DNA of 64,000 nucleotides. Origin: Psilocybe cubensis (lineage: Eukaryota). Under the pieces are notes generated by a model. It was not told where the DNA came from and searched no databases. It saw nothing but the letters and a program-made list of their open reading frames with translations. Positions 13,245 to 28,587 of the stretch are shown in pieces. Made by a program: the position numbers and the translations under genes. Where the stretch lies: the NCBI GenBank assembly GCA_017499595.2, contig CM039002.1, forward strand, positions 2,232,001-2,296,000, given 5' to 3'. Positions within the stretch are counted from its first letter, which is position 1. Every line of letters starts with the position of its first letter.

Positions 13245-14494
13245 CACGCGCTCGCACACATAAGGGATCGCCCCACCAGGCTCCCGTCCTTAAAATCTAA
13301 TAATGTTAATAGCATCAACTCCCTGCTTTGTTTTTTTAGCTACATACATACGTACATACATACACCCGATTCGGATTTCTGCTAACCCGTTTCATCGCTA
13401 TATTATTGCTGTGCCAACTGATTTGGTTTGCCAGTGCTTTCCCTTTTTCTCTTTCTCTTTGTCCATTTTCCTCTACTTTTTTTGCTTTGATCGATACTAT
13501 CTCCTCCTTGCTTGTCATTTATCACCCATCAGCTGCATTTCTCTTTTCTCTTTTCCTCTTCTTGTCTTTTTAGTATAAACCATTGATCCATCCATTCCAT
13601 CGCTCGTATCTCCCCCATTGGTGTATTTTTTTTCCCTCTACTTCTCTATCCATCTGTACATAGTATACCTTGTTGTCTTCTATTTCCCATCACCATCATC
13701 ATTCCCACATCCATAATATAAATTGCAAAAGACGAATAAAAAGAAATGTACTACTCCTACACTTGCTTACTTATTGCTCTGCATGTCGTTGCTGTTTTTG
13801 GTGTCGTAAACATCAGCCAAGAAAAGTTTTTAAGCCTTTATCCCCATTTCTACCCACGGCATATATATGAGACAGCAAAAGCGTCGTTGCGAATCGACGA
13901 ATCGCAGGCCGTCCGTAATAGACGAATAGTAAATGAATTAAATGACAGAGAGCAGAGCACATTGGTTGGTCAGTTGCATTCATTCTATTCAAGATGTACG
14001 CAAAAAAAAAATCATTTTGAGATATATCAAAAACACCAAACTGGTGTCACGTCAACAACAACAACAACAACAGCAACAAAAATTTTGAAAGCAAGGAAGC
14101 AAAAAGAAAGTGTAAAAAAAGGGTGAAATTAGCGTCCTCGAAGCAAAAAAAAGCAATGCAGCATGCGCAGTTTTTTTTAGGTCGAAAACCATCGATTGAC
14201 CTTTTTGTGTGGGTGGTGGATTGGGTGTGTGATGGGAGAGAGAAGCAATGCGGAATGGTGAAGGGGTTGCGGTTTGCGGTTAAGTATCTAAATAAATCTA
14301 CAAATACATCTTTTAAATTTTTGGCTTTTGAAAAACCTTGTGGAGGCGGGTTCAGTTGCAGGATTATAAGTGGGTGGCGGGTGGCGGGGTGGGTTGGTGC
14401 CGAAACGCCCACAGCTCATGGCAGCGTTGTTAGCGCAGCGCACGGGCCGAAGGGCATATCAAAAAAAGAAGAGACGACAAAAAAGGTGACGCGC

Positions 14495-16410
<1,916 letters not shown>

Positions 16411-16523
16411 GGTTGTAGAGAAAAAGGGGGCGCAGACGATGAGGAGAAAGACAAAGAAGATTCAAGAAAAAAGTTGATCAGTGTAAGGCTTTTAAAAAAA
16501 GATGAGGATGGATGCACGGGTTC

Positions 16524-16531
16524 TGAGTCAT
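16524..16531 (-). promoter_or_regulatory. Putative Gcn4/CpcA (cross-pathway control) site ATGACTCA upstream of homocitrate synthase
   Basis: TGAGTCAT on the + strand about 115 bp upstream of the LYS21 ATG; lysine genes are classic Gcn4 targets. Confidence 0.55.
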
Positions 16532-16936
16532 TACCAGCCAAGTCCCCTGACCTCTATTCTCGGCTACAATATCGGCCGAATTCAACCGTCCAATGGCATC
16601 TTGCAGCTTCAATAATCTTTCCGATTCTTGTTATTTAATTAACACATGAATCTCTGCTACTTGACTACTAGTACTACAATACCATACGCTGTCTAGGGGA
16701 CCCTTGCCCACCTTGCAACCAGGGCGCCTGCAAAGCCACACCAAGAGGCGCGTCATTTCTGCAAAGTGTTGTATCTGCCGTAAGTCCAGACACGAGCTGC
16801 CCCACTTAGTCTTTCAGGTTAAGCTTGACAGGGGATATGATCGATTCATAGATAACAAATGGTGGAGAAAAGAGACATCTGACCTACACGGGCCAGACCA
16901 TCGTCCGATAAAAGCTGTTCGTGCAGAAAACGCCAG

Positions 16937-17628
16937 TCACACAACGCGCCGCTCGCAGCGAGTCTCGGCATGAACGCCTTCACAGTTGAGATCACAGTAT
17001 GGCATAGCGCAGCGTCGACATTTGTATGAGCCCCAGTAGCCACAGACAGAGCAGATCATTCGTGGCGGGTACACAGAGGGAGGTGCGCTTGCGGTGAGAT
17101 ATGTAGGCACAGTAGAGGGCAGCGAGGCAATACCCTAAGTCGGGCTCGCGTTCAGAACAAAAATAGCGTGGAAGCACGGAGGGTCGGTACTTACAGATTC
17201 CTCGATGAGAGTCGCGAGATTTTTGCGGTATAGCAGTGCGGTCCGAACATTCATCGTAGACTTTTTCTTCTTCGTCGCAGGAGAAGTGCCCAGGATATTG
17301 AGGTTCCGTTTGTCAGAGATGATTTGGCGTCCGCGGCCCTTGTGGTATTTGTTGCCGCCTTCTTCGTCGTCGTCTACACCCGCCAGAAGAGTAGGTTCTG
17401 CATAGTTGGATCTCTGTATCCGCCCTCGTGTTCAGGGTCCGTCAGTAGCCCAGAACTGAAGGTCCTACCTCAAGTTCGTCGAGGTGGCGTTTAGTCCGCT
17501 TTTGAATGACTTCGGGGGCCAACGTCTGCACGATTGCAACATTTTGACGGGGCACTGGTTGAAAACATAAGATGGTGTTTCATGAGATTGAGAGACTTAC
17601 ACTGATCCCTTGCTTTCTTTGGCGGCAT
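16937..17628 (-). CDS. VPS71: SWR1 complex subunit Vps71/SWC6 (ZNHIT1-like, zf-HIT), 4 exons
   Basis: Spliced by hand: MPPKKARDQLPRQ...KRHLDELERSNYAEP...YLTASAPPSVYPPRMICSVCGYWGSYKCRRCAMPYCDLNCEGVHAETRC. All introns are GT-AG. Absent from the ORF track. Confidence 0.88.
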
Positions 17629-17836
17629 TGGTGGTGGTTCGAGGTAAAGGGACAGGGTTCGGCCGAATATGGAGATGGACATAAATGAGTTATCACGCAA
17701 TCCGCGTCTGTATCGCCGTGGTCACTCTCACCCGGGCACAACATTATACAAATCTCTACTTCCAGCGAATACATAACTCTCCCTCTTTTTTCTTCCTTCC
17801 AGACCCAGAACTCGGCAATTCTTTCTCTTAGGATCT

Positions 17837-20800
17837 ATGGCGCCCTCAATTGACCCCCGCGCCCCTGGAAAGTTCCCGCTCCACAATCTTCCTACCCCAG
17901 AACCAGAGTCCCCGCTCAGACCTCGCAAGCCTTACCGTTTTTCGACACTATGTGCGACCGTGGAGAACCCGGATATGAAGGACCAGTATGGCAGTAGCTC
18001 AGTCCCCATCTACCAAACCGCAACTTTCAAAGGTGTTGGCGAAAAGTATGACTACTCGAGAAGTGGAAACCCCACCAGAAGCCATCTCGGTACGCACAGT
18101 TTTTTCGCAAGTTCTGGTCAGAAAATCTTATACACACCAATAATGTAGAGCACCATATTGCCAAGATTTCGTCTGCAGCGCATGCCTTCACAGTGTCTTC
18201 GGGAATGGCTGCTCTGGATGTCATTTTGCGCATCCTCAAGCCAGGAGACGAAATCATCGCCGGAGATGACTTATACGGCGGTACAAATCGTCTGTTGACC
18301 TACATCCGTACCCACGTCGGTGTCACCATTCACCATGTCGATACTACCAACCCCGAGACTTTGCACCCCTACATCAACTCCACCAAGACAGCTATGGTTT
18401 TGTTGGAGTCACCGACAAACCCCCTCCTTAAAATTGTCGATTTGGCCAGAATTAGCAGAGACGTCAAGGAGCGCGCCCCGAACGCGATCATAGTCGTGGA
18501 TAACACCATGATGAGCCCATACCTCCAACGACCCTTGGAGCACGGTGCCGACATCGTGTACGACAGCGCGACGAAATACCTCAGCGGGCACCACGACCTC
18601 ATGGCAGGTGTCGTTACCTGCAACCGGGAAGACATTGCGCAGAAGCTCGCATTCACCATCAACTCCGTCGGCAATGCACTGACACCCATCGACTCGTTCC
18701 TCCTCCTCCGTGGCATCAAGACCCTTGCACTCCGCATGGACCGTCAACAGGCTACAACACAAATGGTCGCTGAATATCTCTACACCCTGGGCTTCCAGGT
18801 ACATTACCCCGGGCTACCTGATCACCCTGGGCAAGAGGTCCACGCCAGGATCGCAGACGGGAATGGCGCTGTGTTGAGTTTCGAGACCGGGAACAAGGAG
18901 CTAAGCGAGAAAATTGTCGCGGGCACGAGGTTATGGGGGATCAGTGTCAGTTTCGGCTGCGTAAACAGTCTGATCAGTATGCCCTGCGTGATGTCGTAAG
19001 TATTTTTGTTTTTCGTTTCTTTTTGGTTGTCAAAGTTCGGGTTAAAGTGCTCCTGCTAACTATTGGCACACATCAGTCATGCATCCATCGACCCGGCTAC
19101 CCGCGCTGCTCGTGGACTACCAGAGGACCTCATTCGTCTATGTGTTGGCATCGAGGACCCTCATGACCTTCTTGACGACCTGGAACACGCTCTCGTCGAC
19201 GCCGGTGCCATCGTTTTGGACGTCGCGCAGAACAAATACGTCAGAGTGCCAGATCATGCTGCACTAGCTCTGGCGGCTAACAAACTTCGCCTCGAGGCTG
19301 CTGAACAGAAGCAGGAGTGGTTCATCAGTGCCCCCGGCAAAATCATCTTATTCGGAGAGCACGCTGTGGTGCATGGTGTCGTAAGTCCTCTTTCTCCACT
19401 CAGGGACAGGTACGAACGGGTGTGCGGTAATGAACGCCCCCGGGATCGACTGCACCGGCGTTCATCTTGTTCTGATATCTTGTTCGTTGCTGCGACGAAC
19501 ATGGTCGAATGAAATAAACCTTATGCTGATGTGTCTGTGCCTTTTTCTCTCTCTTCCGTAGACTGCAATCGCCGCATCCGTGGACCTCCGGTGCTATGGT
19601 TTGGCAACCCCAAGAAAAGATGGAAAGCTCTCGATTCGTCTCTTGGACATTGGCAACTTCACCCATGAATGGGATGTCCAGTCATTACCTTGGGACGCTG
19701 TAACACCCATCGCACCCGGTGATGAACATCCGGAGGAGCTTGATTACAGACTCGTCGTCGCTTTGAATGAGAAGGCCTTGCATTTCATAGGCGACGAAAA
19801 CAAGGCGGCCCACGGGGCCTGTCTGGCGTTCCTGTATCTGTACATGATCTTGAACAGAAATGAAGAATAGTGAGTCATTAACACTACCAACCCCCAATCT
19901 GTACCCCGCGGACGAAACTCCCTTTCTCGTCATACTACCTTGTGTCTAACTCCCCACTGACCACTCTTTACGCGCTTTCTCTCTTTTTTTACCAGCCCTG
20001 CCTTCGATTTCGCTGCGCGATCAACACTCCCGGTTGGCGCTGGTTTAGGGTCTTCAGCATCCTACTCCGTTTGTGCTGCCACCGCGTCATTGCTCGTCCA
20101 CCGTCGGATAACCCTCCCGCGACCGCTCCCACCTTCATCAACGGAGCACATCCACGTCTCGCACCAGGGCCGGCGCGCCATCGCCCCACAGACAGCAGAA
20201 GAAGTGAACAAATGGGCGTTTGTAGCGGAAAAGATCCTCCACGGGAATCCCAGCGGTGTCGACAACAGCGTTGCAGTGTTTGGCGGCGCTCTTGCCTACA
20301 CCCGTCCTGGATTCGGCAGGAAAGGTGGAATGGAAGGAATTCAGGGGTGAGTCCACTTTCTCTCTGTCTGCCTCTCATCCGGTTACCCAGAGTTGGGGCA
20401 TCATTACGCTTTGGATCTGACCTATTATCTCAATCTGTTCACGCCCCTAGATTCAAGCACTTCAACTTCTTGTTGACTAACTCCAAGGTGCCTCGAGATA
20501 CGAAGAAACTGGTGGCTGGTGTGGGTGCTAAAAAGGCAAAGGTATGTGCCCCTTTGCGCGATACGAACACATCATATGAACTGATCCATTTGTCCTTTGC
20601 TCGTACCAGGAACCCGAGCTGGTGAATAGCATTATGGAAGCCATTCAGACTATCAGCGATGAGGCGAGGAGGGCGCTGGCGGATCCGGAGCTGCCTCGTG
20701 AATCACTGCTGGACGCTATATCTGTGCGTATTATGAATTTCTGTTGATAACTTGTCAACTATCACGAAACTTATGACTCTATCTATCTGATCAGGCTCTT

Positions 20801-21362
20801 ATGAATGAAAACCACCAGCACCTGGTGACGTTGGGCGTCTCCCATCCTGCCCTGGAAAGCATCAGACGCACGACCCAGGCGCACAAGTTGTCGACCAAGC
20901 TCACTGGCGCCGGAGGTGGAGGCTGCGCTGTTACGCTTATTCCAGATGGTAAGCATATCTACTCTAGTCGTGGGCTACACTGGGACCATGAGGCTGACGC
21001 GGAACATTATCGAATACTCAGAATTCGAGGACAGTAAGCAGCGGGATCTGATCAACGCTCTGATCCGCGAGGGCTTCCAACCCTATCTCACATCTGTGGG
21101 TGGAAGTGGCCTTGGAATCTTGTCGCCATACCCTGAGCATCGTGCGCTTGGATCTCGCTCTCGCCGGCCCACGACAGACAGTCTGGGACAGGTGACTCCT
21201 CCGGAGACCCCGACACCCTCACTGTTGTCGTCGAACGAGATCGTGGACGGGTCTGCCAACTCCACCGATCTGTACCCACCATTACATGACACATTCGTAT
21301 CGAGCAGTGTGGCGGAGCTGCCGGTGTGGGCTGGCGACCTGGGACGTTGGTTATACGTCTGA
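17837..21362 (+). CDS. Bifunctional fusion: cystathionine beta-lyase (N-terminal, PLP) + mevalonate kinase (C-terminal, GHMP)
   Basis: CBL motifs YDYSRSGNPTR, ESPTNP, DNT, SATKYLSGHHD, LIRLCVGIED continue in the same exon (19077-19380) into MVK motif SAPGKIILFGEHAVVHG. Later exons give LPVGAGLGSSAS, HGNPSGVDN and KLTGAGGGGC; stop at 21360-21362. Confidence 0.92.
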
Positions 21363-22452
21363 AAAGAGACGACGAATGTCCCTTTCTTTGCTTCGTCGTT
21401 GTTGTATGTCATCTGCTGCTTTCTTTCTCGCTCGTCATCTGTTGCGCGGATACTCCTCGCGGTGCAAATACTTCCGGCTGTTCGAGATCTTATCTAATAG
21501 ATGCGTTGAGGCATCCCACTCACCCACTCACCCCCCACACGTTGTTGCGGAATAATATAAAAAGAGTACTGTTACCTGTATATGTATTTAGAACTGCTAT
21601 CATAGATTATTTTGTGAATTCTTTTTTGACCGTCAGGACCTGAACCTTTCTATGAATCTGACGAGAGATGAGCTTCATATTAAATGCATCGTGCGGATGT
21701 CTCTATTCGTTATGTATTCGTGCTGCTAATACATACGCAGGTGCCCCAATTTCATGTCTTCCTGTCGTTACAACTCTTTGTTTGACTACGATACTATAAT
21801 ACGCCTGTATTTGATGGTATATATTCTCTCCATTGTAGATGTACTCTGTAAGTACTAGTCTTCGCCACCCTGTCAAAAGCCCAACGCTCAATGGCAGTAA
21901 GTGTCAGAGTTCTTTTAAAGGACTGGTAGCCAGAGTCCAGTTCTTCCATTTAGAGCTCCTGCCGCCACAAATAGCGGGCAGAGAAGCAGTGGTAAATCAT
22001 GCTGTGCACACAGTTCCAGCTATGTGGTCCTTCCTCATTTGAGGCGCTCTACCAGCCATTTGCCTGCCAAGATGCACGTTTAAATGTAGCCGCCCAAGTC
22101 TATCGTGACAGCTCCCGATCCATGATCGATCGCATGCCATTTTTGGTAAGGATCTACACCCGAATCTTCCTTTCAGGTTCTATATTGCTAAGTCGTCTTC
22201 CCTTGGTTTCTGAAAAAAAAAAATTGGGGTCTATAGTGCTTTTCAAATGTTTTTTCCAACAGATTTTTTGGCTTTTTTGGAGCGCAAATAATATATATAG
22301 GTTAGATTATACAAAGCTACAGTAATACAGTGGTGTTAAAGCAGTAATAAATAATGAATAGAATGTTCTGTGCTAATGTATACAGAAGGATAAAGTTCAG
22401 TGTTGGTTTGGCCTAGTTTGTGCAAGAGATAAATATTGATAATACAGGAACT

Positions 22453-23717
22453 TCACTCATCGTCGGACTCAATGCAGTCCTCGGACGAAAGACCTTCTGG
22501 GACCTCTTTTGGCCTGAGATGAACCACTCTGGTCTCTTTGATCTCAAGATGCCTTGATCCAAAATATCTGGGAGTCTCGAAGCACCATCTAAAATAGAAA
22601 GGATGTCAAAGAGCTGCCGAGTGGGTATTGAAGACGATAGAGACGTACTCAATGTTACCAATCATCCAATAGCCAACAAAGTCGATGAACTGCAAGGCCT
22701 CTGGACCCAGAGACGGTGAAATCTGGCTTTTTGCAGAAATGTAGTCAGAGACAAATTCGCCGCAGCGCTCGCCAATGTAATCCGCGGTCTCTTGCAGGTT
22801 CGTTCCGTTTTCGTTCATCAATATGCTGACGATGTTATTGCCGGCTAGGCCTTTGGATTGCTCCATATCGTAGGAGTAGATATCCTGAATTTGGGAGAAA
22901 CGTTAAGTAATATTCCAAAGCACAGGAACCGAGCGTTATGACGTACATTGGCCCAGCAGACTTGATCACAGGCGGCCCAGTATGCCTTCATGAACATCTC
23001 GTCTTCGTAGACCTCATCGGCCAAGTCGATGCCCAGGATATATTCCACAAGAGCGAAGCAGAGGAGAACGGCGCTGTTTTGTCGACGAAGGGGGATGTAT
23101 GAAGCAAGGTCTAGGAGCTCAGAACGTTCTCGAAGCTCGGCCTCCTCTCCCACACAGGCCGTGTATGACTCGCAAAGATCAATAAAGCGTTTTGTGTTTC
23201 TGGGACCGGCTAGGCGGGTGAAGCGAGCCATGAATCTAAAAGAAATAGGTTTGTTAGAGCTTGCCTGGAGCCCTCGATCTTATGGCCAACTTACTCTTTC
23301 GTGACCTTAGCAAGGATAGAGCCGTCGTCCCAGTCAGGATATTTCATGGCTTTGAAAAACACTTGTCCGGTTTCCCGGGCACCCTTTCCATTTTGCTCGT
23401 CGCTAACTTCATCTACCACAAACAACAGGTTGACCTGGATAAAAATAAGTACACTCTATATTTAATCCATCACTTAAATCACTCACGAAGTCGCAGGTCG
23501 TTCGCAATTGCTCGCGTCCAGCGTACCAGTAGACGTGTGAGCAAAGCAGTTCATTTTGACCTTGAATAAACTCGGCTCGCTTTCTATCTGTGAAGATGTC
23601 GTAGCCGTTGATCCAGGCCCTTGACTCTGCCGCCGCCTCTTTGTAGTAAGGGTTTGTTGCGTCCTTCAAAGGGCACGACTCGAGGAGATCAGGGAGGACG
23701 AATTGTTCAGTAGACAT
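22453..23717 (-). CDS. Sesquiterpene synthase, Cop4/cubebol-synthase-like (clade II), 5 exons
   Basis: [12 protein letters not shown] aspartate-rich motif, NSE triad [19 protein letters not shown]; ends [15 protein letters not shown] at 23812-23817 on the minus strand. Resembles P. cubensis CubA from memory only. Confidence 0.92.
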
Positions 23718-26700
23718 TGTAAATTGCTGGGAAGTTAAGGGCGAAGATGAGAGGTGATATGTAGTTATCTGTGTAACTGAGTGTGGGGATGATGGTCGAG
23801 TCGCTCTGGTCTTTATACAAAATCAAGGGGGCGCACACTGAGACTGTACTCCCCCATGACTATCTTCAGCGAAGCTCATTTTCTCGGGACGATCGTGGCC
23901 GTACCCGATCTCATCTGAAGGGACACAATTACGAAAATTCATGCAATCTGAAGATTTATTGTTAGAATTCGGTGAAGCATTTCTTAATATGGCTCATTTC
24001 CGCAAGAGCAGCACTTCATGTTAGGAACCTGCCACCGATCTTGTCGACGTGCAGCGGTGTATGGAGGGGTATCTTAATTGGTAAATGGGGAAACTAACGC
24101 GTAAGATATAGCTGTGTCCTGCGAGAGTGCAAAAATACATCAAAGCCGTTGCAGTCCAGGCATGCCATCACCTTACCTTCCTATTTAGAGCATCTAGTTT
24201 CCTTAATAGTCTGCTGGAACTCATTTCCCAGACAAAAAATTGGAGATAGATTCTTTGATCAATACATATTTGTTTTCGCAGTTTGAAGAAAGATATGCAC
24301 CTTCGCATCATCAGCGGGATAACTATCAAGTATTACAATGAACAGGCATATTCCGAGCCTTTCGGCGGCAGTTGATCTTGCATCATAGATAGCTATACAT
24401 CAAAATATTTTCTTCAATGAATAGGTAGACATTATACTTCTATAATTACTCCTAGTCACCTTCAAATACATACCCGTTCGAACATGTTACAATCATTAAT
24501 CCGGTGGTTGTAGCTTGTGGCTTCAGTGGCGGTCTGCAGCGTCCTTCACCGTAGCGTGCCGCGCCGTCGAGTCAACGGTATGGCGCTGTTCCACGCCCTT
24601 CGGACCATCCTTTGTTTATTATTTTGCGAGCGGCTCGGGCAATTTTATTACCACTGTTTTCTCCCCATAGCAGTCCACAGTGGTGCCACAGTCCTGCACA
24701 AGCTTTGCGTCATTACCTTCTAAATGGATATGATAGTGTTACCGTCATCGAGCGTTCAAATTTCCCCTTTATGCACACGAGCACCGGAGCATCTCGTCCG
24801 CGGTTTTCACAAAAAGCTTTACCTTTCGCAGAGTCGAGAATAAAACGGCATGGCCTTGCGACCTGACTGTCCAGACTGGAATGTGCCTTTCTCATCAAGC
24901 ACTTAAGGTTAAGTCTATGCCTATCGATATTCAAATCCACGTGGGCAGCCGTGTTATGTTTGGAAGTTTTCAGAGAATTATCTCAATGCGATTATGGGCC
25001 TAATTTTAGATCTACGCGTTGTCAGCAATTCCCAGTAAGTAGGCCTGATGAGATCCTTGATAATTATTGATAGCATTGAGCTGACAACAAACGAGTGACT
25101 AACCGTAGCCAATGAATTTCCTTGCCCATATTTGAAGTATGTGAAGTTTCAGTTTATTCGTGTCTCTATGTTTCAACGCGACAAGATCTTTCAGACTTAC
25201 GGTTGCGGTCCTGCGGACTCTACTGTGAGTCATTCCGCTATGAGGACGGCCAACAGGATTGTTTGCACGGTCCGAAATATGTGAAGACCATGCATCGGTG
25301 CAAATTAAGCAGCGATACGCTAGTACAAATACTATCAAGCCAAACATTACATTTTTGAACATTCAGTTGGTACCGTTGTGCATTTCATGTTCCGCTGTGA
25401 CAAGTGTAGTTTCATGTAGAGAATGTTACTCTTGGGGCGCAACGGGCGTCTATAACGAACTTCCGCTTCATAGAAGACGACGAACTGCAATGACCTCCGA
25501 CTTGCCCACATACCGGCCAACAACGTCTGATAATGAGAACAAAAAACTTTTATATTATGGGAGACATGTATGATTTACCATGTTCTCATATTTGCAAACT
25601 CAGGGAGAGCGAGTCCGTCGCAGTTAGGAAACCCGCATCGTCGTGTGGGCACTGGCGATGTTGAGCCCAATATGTTCTATTTTTAGCGCCCGACCGACCT
25701 CCATGACTCATGTCAGTGCCGGAGTAAATCCCAGCAAAGACTCGACGTAGGTAGGGTCAGACAACAGTTAAGGCCTCAGCGCACGTTACTCATTGGGCAC
25801 GTCGGGAGAGATCGGTTGGGAGTCGGATTTGGTAGGTAGCTTACAAGTCATTCCGCCCCCGGTGTAGCTCCTTCGTGGTGACTGGAGAGCGCCTAAAATG
25901 CGATGAGACCCGGGCAGCAAAGGAGACAATCACCAAGAGGTACTCATAATTGAATGCGTGTGGGACAACTATTAAGAAAATGTAACTACACTTCTTAGCG
26001 TAGCATAATCTTCTCGTATTTTGTGGTGACACCGACAGGCAAGAAAACCTCAGTCGGTAAGCGACGGCATGCAATAATCTTTCCGCGGCGAGAGCGGATA
26101 TACATGGTACTCGCCTCCGACCGACATGCAAGAGAGTGAGCTCCACGACGTCGAGAGTCGTAAACGATTATTCTGTGAGATATCGAGGCCGCCGATTTGT
26201 TTCAGCTCGATTCTGACTCGAAGGAAAGGGCTAGAAAGCGCTATCTTCGGGAGACGCATCTGGCCTTGAATTGAAAAAGTTTAACAAAATGAAACAAGAG
26301 AAAGCTTACTCTACGAGTGAGTGGTATAGCCTCTGTGCAGATACACTTGAAAGAAACGATGATCTAATACATACGGACAATCAATTTCTAGAGTATACTC
26401 TAAATGAGCGTATGGTTCGGCAAATGAGACAGGAGTGTAACCATGCTTCAAATGCAGCCCCCGCGGGCCGCCTCGAGATTGAAAAGGGCCAGAGGCACCC
26501 AACCCCACGATGGGCTTCGTATAGACAGATAAGAGAGGATGTTACGTATGGATCGTAACGATCTCTGGATATATACGTGATAGTTTGTCGATAAGTCGAC
26601 CGGGATGGTGTCACCCGAGGAACTCATGGCTAGATTTCTTGTTAGAAAAGGTACGCTAAGAAGTTGTAAGGCGTGTAAACTTGGAATAACGAAAATGTTA

Positions 26701-27578
26701 AGCTTCAGTCGCCCGTCAGTTCTAATTCTATGCCACAGTTCGCCTTTAAATTGACAAAGGCCATTTATAACTTGCAATGTTTTCGTCATAAGTGGGCAAT
26801 TCAGACAGAAGCATGGCAAGGATTGGAGTTTCATTCGACAATTCCAGCTAAAGCGAGGTCAATGTGAGAACGAAACAGAAGATCGGTCTGGAGATTGGCA
26901 AAAATCATAATGCTGGCGGCGGTTGATAGGCAAAGAAAGATTCTTATTGAGTTTCTTGATAACTGGACAAATGATCTGTGTAAAAAGTTCCTTTGTTGAC
27001 GACATCGTTAAACTTGAAGCTAGAGCGAGACGTACTAAGCCTCTGCTCGTCTTTAGCAGATCCAAGAGGTAGCTATGCGATTTATCCATCGTGTATTCTC
27101 CTATTCCCTTCATAACCATAAGAAACTTCACGGTAGCCGAATGACCGATTAAAGAGATTCAAGTTGGATTGGGGATAGTGATGGGTCCAGAATCATACAG
27201 ATGAATTGGTCGACAATTGTGATCACCTGTCCAACAAAGGTATAACAGTTAGAGTGTAGACAAGCCCAAAAGGCCTGGAAGAGAATAAAAGGGCCAAAAA
27301 TCAAGATGGTAAAGATCCACGGAAACCTCGGCAGGTCCAAGGAAGAAAAGTAAAGTAAGCCTCTGAACCTAAACCATGACTGAATGCCGAGGAATATTGT
27401 GCGTAAAGGGCGTACAGATCAACGGTGAATACAATTGGCAATGGCGTGGACAATGCGGGATGATATGCAAGTATGGAACGACAACAGGAGTGGGAAAAAT
27501 GATTAGATATAACAACATTAAGAAAAAACATGGGCAACCCAAGGAAGCATTGTGTTCAGCAGAACTCCGCCTGGGAGG

Positions 27579-28475
27579 CTAGAAGCAAATGCGGTAGCTT
27601 GCGTATCGTCCACTGGTTTCGCTAGGCCGTGTAATTTTGACTACCTGCCCTCGACGGAGTCCATAGTATCGAGCAACGGGATCCGCTAGTTGAATGCGGG
27701 GTAGTTGAGTCTCTTTGAGACGGCTGTGTAACGATGATGTATAAGCGTATATCTGAAAGTAAGGTTGCAACTACGCACTATTTTTCCAGTAGCAATTTCT
27801 TATCTTCCGGGCTCAAAACTTCGTGACGGGGTACTAGGGTATGATGCACGATGTTAACCAGCAAGTCGGCCTCGGAGAATTCCTCTAATCGATAGTCGTT
27901 GGACATAGCGACAATAACCTGAGGACAATGTGAGAAGTTGGGGACAATGCGAAGGTACGGATGTTCAAGATACTTTGCGAGCAGACGGGGTCATATTGCC
28001 TGGAAAGACAATGATACCGCGTTGTATTGACTTCTCCTCCAGGATACCAAGAAGCCTAACGAACAATCTGAGAAAGAAATAGACTATATACAAAAGTCGA
28101 TACACACTTTCTCATTGTCTTTACACCAACGCTTCGCTCTTCCGAAAAGAAAACAAAAATTTGATCAGTCGGATTCGTGTTAGACGTCGTGTAGAAGTTC
28201 AACTGGTTCCGACTGGGTGGCCTGCTCAGTTTGATACACTAAAACGGTAAGAAGAACAACTTACTCAACTACACCGCTGTTATTTGCGTACAATTGGCGA
28301 AACCGGTTGAGATCCATGTAAAGTTCGTCATCGGAAACTTGAAAACCCTAGGTGAAGGAATGATGAGATTTGTGCTCGAAAATATTGCTGTAGCGCAGCT
28401 GACTCTATCTTTGACTAGCTCGTGGATTGTTCGATTGACTTTCCATAGTTTTGCGGTTTCGTCGACTTCGGTCAT
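27579..28475 (-). CDS. RPB5: RNA polymerase I/II/III shared subunit RPB5, multi-exon
   Basis: [76 protein letters not shown]. Confidence 0.96.
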
Positions 28476-28587
28476 GAGGAAGGAAGGACAAGAATGACTT
28501 TAACAAGTGACCAGGTGCCAATGGCAAGAATTGAAAAGATTTTGCAACTCCGATCACCTGCTTTCATCTTGGTCCTTTCAGTTCATA

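Noticed and set aside
19868-19870. Apparent TAG stop ending the mevalonate kinase ORF 19580-19870
   Set aside because: It overlaps the intron donor (TA|GTGAGT). Splicing to CAG|C at about 19995 restores TAC-CCT and the GAGLGSSA frame.
17837-23717. Psilocybin or other tailored secondary-metabolite cluster
   Set aside because: No decarboxylase, methyltransferase, P450 or transporter genes in the window.
26400-27540. Possible minus-strand gene downstream of RPB5
   Set aside because: Short ORFs without recognisable motifs, and no consistent splice model could be built.
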